A DNA stretch of 63,893 nt, the filler included, from Octopus bimaculoides (Eukaryota): the NCBI RefSeq assembly GCF_001194135.2. It is 8 parts of 8 records of this genome, joined end to end, with 100 filler letters (N's around TTAATTAATTAA, not from the genome) between each part and the next. Parts side by side here need not be neighbours in the genome. Positions count along the whole stretch, not along the records: positions 59,379 to 63,893 come from NC_068988.1; 7 more parts are not named here. One strand, given 5' to 3'. Positions 63,032 through 63,893 of the stretch are shown in pieces; position 1 is the first letter of the stretch, and each line of letters starts with the position of its first letter. Both the position numbers and the translations under genes were made by a program. Under the pieces are notes generated by a model. The model had not been told where the DNA came from. It worked only from the letters and a program-made list of their open reading frames with translations, and searched no databases.

Positions 63032-63784
63032 GAGACAGACAGACAGACAGAGACAGACAGACAGACAGAGACAGACAGACAGAGAGCTCAGTTTGCGTCG
63101 TTTCGTGTAACGTCCTTTTCGACTTACCGTCGCTTTTCTTTTGTTTTTGTTGTTTTTTGTTCTTAAGAAATTAATAAAAAAAATAATAAACGTCAAATTG
63201 AGTCTCTTTATTCGATTTTACGTCGGTCACAGCGAATATATTTAAAAGTGTAAGAAATTTTTGAGAAAAAAAAACAATAATACTGAAGTTGGAAATCAAA
63301 TAAAATACGTGAGAAAACATCCTTTTCTACTCTAAGCACAAGGCCCGAAAGTTTGGGAGAGGGAGTCAGTCGAATAGATCGACCCAGTACGCAACTGGTA
63401 CTTAATTTATCGACCGCGGAATTTGAACTCAGAACATAAAGACAGACGAAACACCCGTGAGAAATTGTCTACAAAGCATTTATTAAAACTGAAAGGAGCT
63501 AAGAAATGTTTTTAAATGTATTTTTCGTATAGCATAATTTTTTGTTGTTTAGTTTAAGTCACATGTGTTGGATTGAAATATCAAATACCGACGTAAGTCG
63601 AGATATGCCTGCAGCAGGCGTAGATATCATCCATAAATCTTCGCTCGTAATTCTAAGCCAAGAAGATATATATACATACGTGCCTACAAACACACAAACA
63701 CATGTGTGTGTGTGTGTGTGTGTAATATATACATATACATTGTGTTTGGGGTGGTCGTTTTTCCAATTGACACACGCACTATTT

Positions 63785-63838
63785 GACGATGATGATGATG
63801 ATGATGATGACGACGACGACGACAATGATAATGATGAC

Positions 63839-63893
<55 letters not shown>
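63785..63893. repeat. (GAT/GAC)n microsatellite
   Basis: Direct reading. Confidence 0.95.

Overview
Eukaryotic, AT-rich, microsatellite- and transposon-dense draft-assembly sequence. The SINE families and repeat style look like a coleoid cephalopod such as Octopus (inference). About one fifth of the window is N. Seven identical 100-bp spacers (44 N + TTAATTAATTAA + 44 N) indicate that the window is 8 short scaffolds joined artificially (1-4499, 4600-9663, 9764-17676, 17777-26408, 26509-40206, 40307-56082, 56183-59278, 59379-63893), so neighbours across spacers are not necessarily linked. No host protein-coding gene, tRNA, rRNA or CRISPR array can be called with confidence, and most long ORFs in the track are translations of microsatellites or N runs. 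Recognisable content is decayed mobile DNA: two mariner derivatives, several Penelope-like (RT + GIY-YIG) fragments, R4/Dong-clade RLE LINEs with (CATA)n or (TAA)n tails, an RTE LINE, L1/Tx1 LINEs, a Helitron 5' fragment, an LTR with an E-box repeat plus TATA/Inr promoter, many tRNA-derived SINEs and several fold-back elements. The most interesting observations are a degenerate minimal type I hammerhead ribozyme inside a near-perfect 76-bp fold-back (33971-34253), apparent (CATA)n-targeted insertion of R4-like LINEs, a mariner derivative built from two left ends, and several inverted-repeat structures that could form long dsRNA.
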